A stretch of DNA of 64,000 nt from a virus: IMG/VR virus record IMGVR_UViG_3300027796_000318. One strand, given 5' to 3'. Shown here in pieces: positions 1 through 8,076 of this stretch. The translations under genes were made by a program, and so were the position numbers. The notes beneath the pieces are model-generated. The model was not told where the DNA came from, searched no databases, and saw only the letters and a program-made list of their open reading frames with translations. Each line of letters opens with the position of its first letter. Positions within the stretch are counted from its first letter, which is position 1.

Positions 1-718
1 CCTTGAGTCGCTGCCCAGCCTCCTGCGTCAACTTGCTCTTGCTTTTCAGTACGACCGACGGACGTGCTCCGTTGCCAACCCAGCGGCTGCATTGCTGGTT
101 CAGCGCCATGTCGAGGCCGATGGCGTCGCGGGCGAGTCCGATCGTCGAAGCGGCAACCAGCATGTTGAAGGTCAGGCCGCGCAGGTGGAGGATATCTTCC
201 GCCGGAATCGCCGCTGGGAAGCCACTTAGAACGGAAAGCTGGAACAGGCCTAGGCGGTTGACGTTGTAGAAGATCGACCCGTCCGTTGCTTCCATCACCA
301 TGACGGCGTCGGGGTTGATCGGGATCAGTTCGACCGGGTTGCCGCGCCGGTCACGCAGAATTGCCGCATAAGCGTTACCCCGCAGCGCGACGGCCGCCTC
401 CATCTGCTGGGCAAACTCCAGCCACGTCTGGATGCGATTCGGGCGCACGAGCAGGGACGCCACCGGGTGTTCTCCGGGCTTGACCTCCGTTTTCGTCCCG
501 TCGCCATTGATCTTGAGCAGTCGAGGGCGGCAGCGGGCTACATCCTCGGACCGGATCATCACGCAGGCGTGGACGGCCGAGACCGTCATTGCCGTGGACT
601 GCGAAATCTGCATCCCCGACGCACTGGGAATCGAGCCGAGCGGCGGAATGCCACCCTGGCTCACGACCCCGGCCGAGGCTTTGACGGTAGGCGGCGAGAA
701 GCTCTTGAACAGGCTCAT
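1..718 (-). CDS. HK97-family portal protein, N-terminal part (runs off window)
   Basis: Manual translation from ATG at 718: MSLFKSFS...SAVHACVMIRSEDVARC...LLVRPNRIQTWLEF...LRGNAYA, typical HK97 portal motifs. Not in the ORF track. Confidence 0.9.
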   Translation of the reverse strand, partial: MSLFKSFSPPTVKASAGVVSQGGIPPLGSIPSASGMQISQSTAMTVSAVHACVMIRSEDVARCRPRLLKINGDGTKTEVKPGEHPVASLLVRPNRIQTWLEFAQQMEAAVALRGNAYAAILRDRRGNPVELIPINPDAVMVMEATDGSIFYNVNRLGLFQLSVLSGFPAAIPAEDILHLRGLTFNMLVAASTIGLARDAIGLDMALNQQCSRWVGNGARPSVVLKSKSKLTQEAGQRLK

Positions 719-918
719 CACGGCCCCCTGTCGGCGATGGCGGCGGCGATCAGTAGCACGCCTGCTACGATGCAGCCGGCCGGCTCGTAGATCTGCGCCG
801 CGCCCCAGGCGACCAGACCGGCCCCGCCGATCAGCGTGCCATTGTGCAGCAGCGCGGGCATGGCGCGCGCCACCAGCGCCACAGCCTGTCCGGCGCGGAA
901 GAGGATGCGGTCGAGCAT
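718..918 (-). CDS. Small membrane protein between terL and portal
   Basis: MLDRILF...LIGGAGLVAWGAAQIYEPAGCIVAGVLLIAAA; hydrophobic, conserved position. Confidence 0.7.
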   Translation of the reverse strand: MLDRILFRAGQAVALVARAMPALLHNGTLIGGAGLVAWGAAQIYEPAGCIVAGVLLIAAAIADRGP

Positions 919-929
919 GGTGGGTCCGA

Positions 930-2642
930 TCAGAAAATCAGCAGGCCGTCGGGGCGGGCGGTGGCGTCGTTGTAGATGGAGGGGCCACCCTTCGGCGCCG
1001 GATTGCGTTCCATCAACTTCGCCGCGTCGAACATCGCCATCAGCGGGTCGATCTTCGAGTAGCCCGACGCCTGCTTGGTCACAAGAAAGGCGTTCTTCGT
1101 CGGCTCGATCCGGGCATTGCTGACGCACCAAGCCATCAGGCGCTGGCCGCAATGGCGGAATGTGCCATCGATCAGCTTGCGCTCAACGCCCTTGATCGCC
1201 CCGGTCAGGACATAGCCCTGCGAGATGCCGGCGACCTGCTGGCCGTCCTGCGTGACCTGGATTTCCGCCAGGGCATCGACAATGCCGGCCAAACCGATCG
1301 TGTCGAGCCCGACGCAATCGAGCAGCCCGGTGTCCAGCACCCGGCGGACAATCTCCATCGCGCCGTCCAGATCCTCGGGATATTCCCGGATGATCGTCAG
1401 GTCGCCGTCCTGCTCGAAATCACGGTATTCGGCGACGTTGGCCTTGCGACGCTCCAACGCCTTCGGGTGCGCCCAGGCGTGGCCCCAATGCAGCCAGCGG
1501 CGGGTTCCCTGCTCGCGGCCGATCACCGCGAGGCCGAGCAGATCGTCAGCGCCACCGCCGTCGATCCCGATCGATACCACCTCGGACCGCTCAAGGATCG
1601 CATCGAGGCTCAGGCCGGCCTCGGCCGCCGCTTCCCAGTCGTTGGCGCCGGTCCAGCGGTCGGAGCGCAGCGCCAAGCCGATCTCGACATTGAGATGCTT
1701 GGCCAGGAAGCCCCGGACGCTATCCTCGCCGTTCTCCTCGGCCTTGGAGAACTCGTCCTTCAAGAACTCCCGATCGACCGACGCCCCGAGGTTGGGGTTC
1801 GTGATGTGGAAATTTTGCGGGTCTCGGTGCCCGCCCGCGTCAAGCATCGCTTGCGGGAACTCATACAGGACCGGCAGGAACCGCTTGTTCTTGATCCTGC
1901 CATCTCGGATGCCGCGCGCATATTGCAGCTTCTGGCGCATCACGCCGGCCGGCGGGTCGTTGCTTTGGGTCGTGAGGTAGATCACGAACCCTTCGGGGCG
2001 CGAGGCAAGTCCGCCGGTCGCCTCACGCAGCATATCCTCCGCGTGCGGCTGCTTTCCAAGCAGCCACAGCTCATCAACCAAGACGCCGACTGCTTTCTTG
2101 CCGCCGACCGTCTGGCTGTCAGCGGCCACCACCTTCAGCGTCGCGCCAGTACCGCGATGCGTGATCGTCCGGAGGTGGTCCTGCACCTGGCACAGGTCGG
2201 AAAGTTCCTCGTTCTTTCGCACCATGTCACGGGCCGGAAAGAACGAGTTGTTCGCCACCTCGATCGTCGGCGCCAGGATCAGAAATTCACCAGACTCGCG
2301 CCAATTGCGGATCAGCGCCGTCAGCATGATTCCGGCGGCAATCGTCGATTTCGAGTTCTTCTTGCTGATGAGCAGCAGGAATTCACGGATCAACCGCCGA
2401 CCCGGCTCTCCGGCCGCGCCGTTGTGATCGTAGGCACCGAACACTGCGCCGACGAAATCAAACACCCAGGGGCGGCACGCCTCGCCCATCGTTGGACTAC
2501 AGGGAGCATCGACGATGCGAAGCTCGCGGAACTGCGCCAGGGCCGAGGCCGCTTCGTCCGGGAACAGCGGCGGGCAGGGGATCAAAGATTCGCCCGCGAC
2601 GATCCGGCGCTCCCAATCCGGGCAGGCAGTCTCCCAATCCAT
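930..2642 (-). CDS. terL: Terminase large subunit
   Basis: Walker A-like ISKKNSKST, Walker B VLVDELW, C-terminal nuclease motif KIDPLMAMFDA. Confidence 0.95.
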   Translation of the reverse strand: MDWETACPDWERRIVAGESLIPCPPLFPDEAASALAQFRELRIVDAPCSPTMGEACRPWVFDFVGAVFGAYDHNGAAGEPGRRLIREFLLLISKKNSKSTIAAGIMLTALIRNWRESGEFLILAPTIEVANNSFFPARDMVRKNEELSDLCQVQDHLRTITHRGTGATLKVVAADSQTVGGKKAVGVLVDELWLLGKQPHAEDMLREATGGLASRPEGFVIYLTTQSNDPPAGVMRQKLQYARGIRDGRIKNKRFLPVLYEFPQAMLDAGGHRDPQNFHITNPNLGASVDREFLKDEFSKAEENGEDSVRGFLAKHLNVEIGLALRSDRWTGANDWEAAAEAGLSLDAILERSEVVSIGIDGGGADDLLGLAVIGREQGTRRWLHWGHAWAHPKALERRKANVAEYRDFEQDGDLTIIREYPEDLDGAMEIVRRVLDTGLLDCVGLDTIGLAGIVDALAEIQVTQDGQQVAGISQGYVLTGAIKGVERKLIDGTFRHCGQRLMAWCVSNARIEPTKNAFLVTKQASGYSKIDPLMAMFDAAKLMERNPAPKGGPSIYNDATARPDGLLIF

Positions 2643-2645
2643 GGG

Positions 2646-2987
2646 CTACCTCTTCGTGTTGTCGATCGCCAGCTTCGGCGGGGCGGGGGCGGCGAACTTA
2701 CCCCGGGCCGCTTCCTTCGCCGCTTCGGCCCTCTGCTCTTTCTTGCCGGGCACGGCATCGGCAATGCGGGAGTCGGTGAAGGGCAAAACGGCCTGCATGG
2801 CCCTCAAGCGGCTGTCGAGATCGACACCATCGTTGTTGATCACCCACATGGCGAATTCCTTCGCCGTCTTGAAGACGGGCGATCCGGCCGGGGCGGCGTC
2901 AAGAACCGCCGCCATGGCTTTGATTTCCTTTGTTGCCTTGGTGCCTTTCGGACGGCCAGCGCCCGGGCGAAAACCTCCGCGCGCCAT
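2646..2987 (-). CDS. terS: Terminase small subunit
   Basis: MARGGFRPGAGRPK start motif; directly upstream of terL. Confidence 0.85.
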   Translation of the reverse strand: MARGGFRPGAGRPKGTKATKEIKAMAAVLDAAPAGSPVFKTAKEFAMWVINNDGVDLDSRLRAMQAVLPFTDSRIADAVPGKKEQRAEAAKEAARGKFAAPAPPKLAIDNTKR

Positions 2988-2999
2988 GGGGTTAGCCTC

Positions 3000-3112
3000 C
3001 AATTTGATTATTTGATTTCGGGGTGGGAAAAATCATACCGACGGAAAAATTCTACGGATGAGCCCCAACCGGTCGAAGCGCCCACCCGGGCTACTATTGA
3101 TAAACCCCCTAC
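3000..3112 (-). other. Probable cos packaging region of prophage A
   Basis: HNH-terS intergenic region, G-rich then GACCG...AATTTTT pattern typical of HK97-like cos; position-based inference. Confidence 0.5.
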
Positions 3113-3435
3113 CCCCTGAGCCTTTCGGCCCGGGCCTTGGCTGTCTTGACGTTGTGGCAGGCCTGGCAGACGAGACGGACATTGCGTGGGTCAAGGTCAG
3201 CCCCACCGTCTTTACGCTCAATGACATGGTCGCCAATCAGCTTGACGGGGGTGCCGTCAAGCTCATGCGTCTTGCCGCAGGTCTCGCACCGTCGGCCCCG
3301 CTGACGGATCAAATCGGCCCGCAGCTTTCGCCACGCATCAGACTGGTAGAACGCTTCGGCTTGTTTGGGCAATGGATGAGCGGAAGCCATCCGAATTGGC
3401 GCAGTAGTCGGGCCGAGAGTGCGGAGCTTGGCCAT
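3109..3435 (-). CDS. Packaging-associated HNH endonuclease
   Basis: CETCG...GDHVIERKDGGADLDPRNVRLVCQACHNVKT. Confidence 0.92.
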   Translation of the reverse strand: MAKLRTLGPTTAPIRMASAHPLPKQAEAFYQSDAWRKLRADLIRQRGRRCETCGKTHELDGTPVKLIGDHVIERKDGGADLDPRNVRLVCQACHNVKTAKARAERLRG

Positions 3436-3451
3436 ATCGCTATCTCAAATC

Positions 3452-3527
3452 TGGAGCCGCCTCGGGGTCACGATCCCCGCGCCTCCGGTTTACAAGGCCG
3501 GCGCTCTACCTGATGAGCTAAGGCGGC
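3452..3527 (-). tRNA. tRNA-Thr(UGU) with atypical T-loop
   Basis: 76-nt cloverleaf, GCCGCCT/AGGCGGC acceptor, loop CT-TGT-AA, encoded CCA; T-loop ATCGTGA; C31-A39 mismatch. Confidence 0.85.
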
Positions 3528-3632
3528 GTGGTCGGTGTCTTGGGTCTGGTGGCGGGATCGCCCCGCCGGGTTGTCGATAGGCGTGGTCTCGACGCCTCGT
3601 TTTACATCATGCCTTGCGGCACCCAGATCGCG

Positions 3633-3702
3633 TGGGCGGACGGACTTGAACCGCCGACCTCCTTCCGGCCCGGAAGGTGCTCTCCCAACTGAGCTACGCC
3701 CA
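3633..3702 (-). pseudogene. Degenerate tRNA-like element (Val/Ala-like; nominal anticodon GGC)
   Basis: Intact D and T arms, but a 5-6 bp acceptor, self-pairing anticodon loop CGGGCCG (no U33, no purine 37) and no CCA. Confidence 0.7.
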
Positions 3703-3761
3703 ATCACCCCGTCTGGTTCTCGACAACCTGATTACCGCACGCCTTGCGTGGCACCAGATCT

Positions 3762-3836
3762 TGGTGGAGCCTGGGGGCTCGAACCCCCGACCTTCGCGAT
3801 GCAAGCGCGATGCTCTCCCAACTGAGCTAAGGCCCC
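3762..3836 (-). tRNA. tRNA-Ala(UGC)
   Basis: GGGGCCT/AGGCTCC with G3:U70, anticodon TGC, ACCA end; 75 nt, T-arm one base short. Confidence 0.88.
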
Positions 3837-3837
3837 A

Positions 3838-3915
3838 TGGTCGGTGTGGACGGATTCGAACCGCCGGCCCTCGCGTCCCAAACGCGATGCTCTGGCCTGG
3901 CTGAGCTACACACCG
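3838..3915 (-). tRNA. tRNA-Pro(UGG)
   Basis: CGGTGTG/CACACCG acceptor, TT-TGG-GA loop, TTCGAAT T-loop, ACCA end. Confidence 0.93.
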
Positions 3916-3980
3916 TGAATTGCGCCCGCCCGCTGGCCCTGCTGGGGCCAGGAATTCCAAAAAATGTACGCTGTTTTTCA

Positions 3981-4009
3981 TTGATATAGCGTACAATGTA
4001 CGCTAAATT
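3981..4009 (+). promoter_or_regulatory. Sigma70-like promoter with palindromic operator in the spacer
   Basis: TTGATA-17-TAAATT; perfect inverted repeat TAGCGTACA-A-TGTACGCTA at 3987-4005; extra half site near 3965. Confidence 0.75.
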
Positions 4010-4062
4010 TATTTTGTCAGCGGGGATGATCCCAATGACAAAACGAAAGGAGGTGACGCGGA

Positions 4063-4131
4063 ATGAAGCTCCTGAAACTGGCAATCCTGGTTGCGCTGCT
4101 GATCTTGGCCGACACGCACGCAGCCTGGTAA
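4063..4131 (+). CDS. 22-aa hydrophobic peptide, type I toxin-like
   Basis: MKLLKLAILVALLILADTHAAW behind strong SD AGGAGGTGA; below the ORF track length cut-off. Confidence 0.75.
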   Translation: MKLLKLAILVALLILADTHAAW

Positions 4132-4195
4132 ACCAAAAGGTGGGGCCGGGAAACCGGCTCCACCGCAGGAGATAAGGACCCGCGTCACCTCCTGA
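4131..4195 (-). ncRNA. Putative cis-antisense sRNA (about 60-65 nt)
   Basis: Minus-strand TTGAAC-18-TACAAT promoter (4230-4201); ends in hairpin 4139-4164 followed by TTTT on the minus strand. Confidence 0.55.
4135..4164 (-). terminator. Intrinsic terminator-like hairpin
   Basis: GGTGGGGCCGG-GAAA-CCGGCTCCACC, 11-bp stem, AAAA on the left flank. Confidence 0.6.
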
Positions 4196-4210
4196 TGGAG
4201 ATTGTAGGCG

Positions 4211-4426
4211 ATGAAACCCGAACAGTTCAAGGAATGGCGATCGGCGATGGGCCTGTCCCAGATCAAGGCAGGGGAAGCTCTCGGACTTAGCAAGACCACG
4301 ATTGAGCTATACGAGGCGGGCCGGCGGCGGGATGATGGCCGTGCGGTCGAAATACCGCACTCTGTCGCCCTGGCTTGCGCCGCGCTGTACCACCGCATCA
4401 AGGCGTGGGGTGACGGCACCCCCTGA
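4211..4426 (+). CDS. XRE-family HTH protein
   Basis: FKEWRSAMGLSQIKAGEALGLSKTTIELYEAG. Confidence 0.88.
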   Translation: MKPEQFKEWRSAMGLSQIKAGEALGLSKTTIELYEAGRRRDDGRAVEIPHSVALACAALYHRIKAWGDGTP

Positions 4427-4485
4427 AACAGAAAGTGCGCCTCGGATCGCTCCGGGCGCACTTACCAACGATGTATTTCGGGAGA

Positions 4486-5052
4486 TTACGCGATCCGCCG
4501 CCCGTCCGCAATGGGCGGCTGCACCGTCGCATTGAAATATTGGGCCAGTCGCGCCAGTCCATCAAACAGGGCCGCCCTGATCTTGTCACCCAAGGCCGAC
4601 GCTTCGAACAGTCTGGGCGGGGCGGCATCATCGATCACCACGCTCTCGACCGCCGCCCATCTCAGGCCAGGGCCGACAGCGTTGACGGCGCCGATATACC
4701 GAGATTTGGCCCACTCCCAGGCGGCGGCCGAACAATCCGGGCGCGGGCCGGCTTTGATGACCTCGCCATAGCTGGCGGCCGGCGGGTGCCGGTCAGGGAT
4801 GGCAGCAAGGCGACGCCAGCGGTCCCAGGCTTCGATCAGCTTGATGGTGGCGTCGTACTCAACTTGCCCGATCTTGCCGGCCAGGAACAGTCGTCCGGCA
4901 GCCGATCCGGCTTCTTCGCGTTTGGCTTGTTTCCCCCCGACCGATTCGGCGCGATGCCGGAGCAGTTCATCCGGCTTCCACCGCCCCTCGACCAACTCCC
5001 CGTTGGGGTGTCGTGGACCCGGTTTCCTTGATCTACCGCGCCGCCGCGCCAT
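4486..5052 (-). CDS. Phage protein, putative late-gene regulator (DUF6456-like)
   Basis: Sits between replication and packaging modules; helical C-terminus; family recalled, not searched. Confidence 0.45.
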   Translation of the reverse strand: MARRRGRSRKPGPRHPNGELVEGRWKPDELLRHRAESVGGKQAKREEAGSAAGRLFLAGKIGQVEYDATIKLIEAWDRWRRLAAIPDRHPPAASYGEVIKAGPRPDCSAAAWEWAKSRYIGAVNAVGPGLRWAAVESVVIDDAAPPRLFEASALGDKIRAALFDGLARLAQYFNATVQPPIADGRRIA

Positions 5053-5117
5053 TTCTCACCTCACGCAATGTTATAACGTTGCATCACCACCCGGCACCGA
5101 GGCGCTTTCGCACCCTG

Positions 5118-5528
5118 TCACTCGGCCGCCTGCTGGCCCCGCCGCCAGTGCCCCAAGCCGGCGGATCTCGCGATCCGAGACCGATGGGTAGCATAATTGG
5201 GTGCAACCATCGGGTAATCGGCCGGCAGCCTCCACTTGGCGCGATACTCATCCGGGGTCAGGCCGTGGTCGGTCCGCAAGTGCCGCTTGAGCATCTTCAG
5301 CTTTTCGCCGCACTCAAGGCAGACGATCGCGTCCGGGGTCACCGATTTTTTGACCGACACTGCCGGTTGCGCCTCGGGGATGGTGGTGACCGACTGACCG
5401 AGGCCTGCGAGGGCATCATGCACAGACCGGATGAGCGAGGGCAGTTCGGTAGATGAAATGGAATTGTTCGAAACGAATGCCGAAACGACGCGCGAAACTT
5501 CGGCAGTGATCTGGGGGGTATCCGTCAT
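5118..5528 (-). CDS. mucR: Ros/MucR-family zinc-finger transcriptional regulator
   Basis: IVCLECGEKLKMLKRHLRTDHGLTPDEYRAKWRLPADYPMVAPNY signature. Confidence 0.96.
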   Translation of the reverse strand: MTDTPQITAEVSRVVSAFVSNNSISSTELPSLIRSVHDALAGLGQSVTTIPEAQPAVSVKKSVTPDAIVCLECGEKLKMLKRHLRTDHGLTPDEYRAKWRLPADYPMVAPNYATHRSRIARSAGLGHWRRGQQAAE

Positions 5529-5734
5529 GCTGATCGCCTTTTATTATTGACTCTTTACTTTTAAGTAAGTCGCAAAGGATGGTAAACGATTTTTTTATTA
5601 ACTTTTATTTATAATATGTTTTTCCAATGTTTGGAAGTCGTATTCTTTAGCGGGATTTTTCAAAAAATTGATCGCTAAAAAAGCTGATCAAAAAAATCGC
5701 CGAGCGCGCCGGCGTGTCGGCCGAGGCGGCGAGC

Positions 5735-6091
5735 ATGGCACTCAGACGCAAGGAGTGCGCCCCGCGCGCGCCGGCCGGCCACTGTGGCGCGCTGACCAAC
5801 GCCGAGGTAGTTCAGATGCTCACCACAGGGCAAACCATCAAGCAGATCGCCGAGGCGGCGGGCATCGGCGTGCGCTGCGTCAGCAGCCACATCCGACGGC
5901 ACAGGCTGGCCCCGCCTAGCCGCAAGGCCCCGGTGGAAATAAACCCTGAAAAAATTGAAATATTAGCAAAATCCGGTTTAAACGTCGAAGAGATCGCTTT
6001 GCGGCTTGGCGCATCCGTCAGCGGGGCGCGCCACGCCGCAAGGAGACATGGAATCAAGATCGCCCGAAAGCGCCGGCTCGACTGGGGATGA
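5735..6091 (+). CDS. Tandem-HTH protein
   Basis: Two HTH-like segments (TIKQIAEAAGIG, NVEEIALRLGAS). Confidence 0.55.
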   Translation: MALRRKECAPRAPAGHCGALTNAEVVQMLTTGQTIKQIAEAAGIGVRCVSSHIRRHRLAPPSRKAPVEINPEKIEILAKSGLNVEEIALRLGASVSGARHAARRHGIKIARKRRLDWG

Positions 6092-6463
6092 TCGAAAGCC
6101 CCCTCTCGCTTCCACCCGTCCCCCGGCATGACTGGGATGGCGTGCCGGGGGGGGCTATGAGATGATCGCCCGCCCCCATTTTCCTCACCACCACGCAATC
6201 GCGCTCTAAGGCCACCTGGAAGCGCATTTCGTTTCACATACCCCACCATAGCCAAAAACATCGTTTCGCCAGCCTAGCCCCCGCAAAAACTCGATTGCGG
6301 GGGCAGTTGCGTTTGGTGGCACCGCCCCCGGTCATGCTCGGCCATCACCCACCGCTCGATCCTGGCCCGGGTTGCCGGGTCCGCCTGCCGCCACATCTCG
6401 CAGCGGGCCGCCGTCCAGGCTCCCGGCTGCCAGACGGCGCCGGGGATGATGAGGGTGGCGGGG

Positions 6464-6889
6464 TCAACCGCGGATCGACCGTCGAGCATCTTCGAGCGCC
6501 TTAAGCCGGGTCCGTCGCTTCCGGGCATAGGTCTCCAACCGAACTTGCAGCTCTTCCCAGGCGGGCCACCAGCGACTGACACTGGCCTGGGTCCGCAGCA
6601 CATGGGCCACCACGTCCGCCGGCCACTCGCCAAGGCGGTCGGCATAAACCCGGATCAGAAATTTCAGGTCGAGCGAGTCTTCGGCCCGCGCCTTGGTCAG
6701 CACCCGCAGTTCGGCAAGCGCGGTGGTGATCCGGTCCTGTGGCGCCGGGGCGCAGGCTTGGCGGTGCAGGTCGATCGCTCGGTCAAGGGCGTCAATTTCC
6801 GAGGCTGGCACCTGCACACCAGGAGCGACGCGATAGCCGACAAATTCCTGATCCCACCCGAAATCGGCCGTGGTCCGGTCAGCGACCAC
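6464..6889 (-). CDS. Replication-associated phage protein (initiator partner)
   Basis: Coupled downstream of initiator; YADRLGEWPADVV...WWPAWEEL motif; start codon uncertain. Confidence 0.55.
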   Translation of the reverse strand: MVADRTTADFGWDQEFVGYRVAPGVQVPASEIDALDRAIDLHRQACAPAPQDRITTALAELRVLTKARAEDSLDLKFLIRVYADRLGEWPADVVAHVLRTQASVSRWWPAWEELQVRLETYARKRRTRLKALEDARRSIRG

Positions 6890-7958
6890 GGGCTTCAGCC
6901 ACGAGTTCGCAGACGGTGGCAACAAGGCTTCCAGTGTGGCGTCCACCTGAGCCGGGGCCAGGTCGGCCAATGTGGCGCCCGTGGTCTGAGCGGCACCAGT
7001 TGCGCCAGGTCGCTGACCAGTCGAGCTTGACCCCCTTCTGTCCGGATTGGGCGTGCCAGTGATCCCGGAACCGATCGGCGACGGTGGCCGGGTCGAGCTT
7101 AAGGTTTCGGGCGAAGGTGCAATCTTCGGCATCAGGCCACCAATCGGCCGGAAGCCGCGTTCCACGGGTTCTGCTGTTTCGGGCAATGGCATGGAGCGAT
7201 CCTTGGTCAGGCGTCGGCGCAGCCGGCGCGGTCAGGTCGGTGGGCTCGGTTTCGAAGGGGGGGGCACACAGGGGGGAATCCTCTTTTTCTTCTCTTTCTC
7301 CCTCTCCCTCTCCCTTAAGAGCGTTTTCCGCCGGAATTCCGCCGGAACAATTTCCAGTTCCGCCGGAAACAGGGGTGTGTTCCGCCGGAACATCTCCAGA
7401 CCTTTCGGCGGTTCCATCGGAAGATGTGAGTTGTTCCGGTGGAATTTCGGGGCTTTCCGCTGGAACTGAGGGGGGCCATTCGGCCGGTTTTCCTGCGACC
7501 ATCCAGGCGTCAAAGGTCGGAATTTCGAGATCAGTCAAGCCCTTAGCTTTGCGCCGGCCATTCTCTTTGCGGATTCGATCGCAGAGGCGCTCATGATGTC
7601 GGGCCTGTTTCGAGCGCCACGCTTCGCGGGCTTTCTCGGCGATCACTGGGTGATACAGCCGGCCATCGCTGCATTTGATCCAGCCGTGCAGTGCACCCGC
7701 CCGGTGCCGCTTCCAGACTCGAACTACCCGGCCATAGCCAGCGAGATTGGACAGGATTCGATCATCGTCGGGCAGCGACCCCGCGGGGACTTGATGCCAC
7801 GCCGCGCACCACAGCAGCACGCCGGCCCAGGCCGCTTCGGGATCGACCAGGGCGGCAAAATCGGAATCGCGCAGGCGCTGCACGTCGAGCTGCATGTGCG
7901 GAAAATCCCGCAGATCGCAATCGGCGGGAACGAGGGGGGCAGGGAGGGAATCAGTCAT
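6879..7958 (-). CDS. Replication initiator, DUF1376/YdaU N-terminus with DnaT-like C-terminus
   Basis: DCDLRDFPHMQLDVQRLRDS...GRLYHPVIAEKA; C-terminal FRDHW...KLDWSATWRNW. Confidence 0.85.
   Translation of the reverse strand: MTDSLPAPLVPADCDLRDFPHMQLDVQRLRDSDFAALVDPEAAWAGVLLWCAAWHQVPAGSLPDDDRILSNLAGYGRVVRVWKRHRAGALHGWIKCSDGRLYHPVIAEKAREAWRSKQARHHERLCDRIRKENGRRKAKGLTDLEIPTFDAWMVAGKPAEWPPSVPAESPEIPPEQLTSSDGTAERSGDVPAEHTPVSGGTGNCSGGIPAENALKGEGEGEREEKEDSPLCAPPFETEPTDLTAPAAPTPDQGSLHAIARNSRTRGTRLPADWWPDAEDCTFARNLKLDPATVADRFRDHWHAQSGQKGVKLDWSATWRNWCRSDHGRHIGRPGPGSGGRHTGSLVATVCELVAEARGR
7326..7465. repeat. Iteron array (phage origin) inside the initiator gene
   Basis: Seven copies of TTCCnnnGGAA at 7326, 7337, 7358, 7380, 7412, 7434, 7455; spacings near multiples of 11. 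Confidence 0.85.
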
Positions 7959-8076
7959 CCCTCACCCCCTTTGGTCTGGGGCTGGGGCTTCAGCTTGGGC
8001 GCCCACCCCAGCGGCGCCTGTGCCGCTTCAGCGAGGCGGAGCAGATCAGCGGGGGGGCGGGGCTTGCGGGGCGGGG

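Noticed and set aside
432-3119. 895-aa plus-strand ORF
   Set aside because: Antisense shadow of terL/terS in GC-rich DNA; no motifs. The same applies to most long antisense ORFs in the track (for example 16761-18014, 48170-49294, 56123-57259, 58072-59568).
3545-3627. Spacer cloverleaf as a fifth tRNA
   Set aside because: No D-loop GG, no TTC T-loop, no CCA; kept only as a structured-RNA finding.
6879-7192. 5' extension of ORF 6464-7192
   Set aside because: Overlaps the initiator C-terminus in another frame; a coupled GTG start near 6889 is more plausible.
7326-7465. Repeats as a CRISPR array
   Set aside because: 11-bp units, short irregular spacers, inside a CDS, no cas genes. No CRISPR array was seen anywhere in the window.
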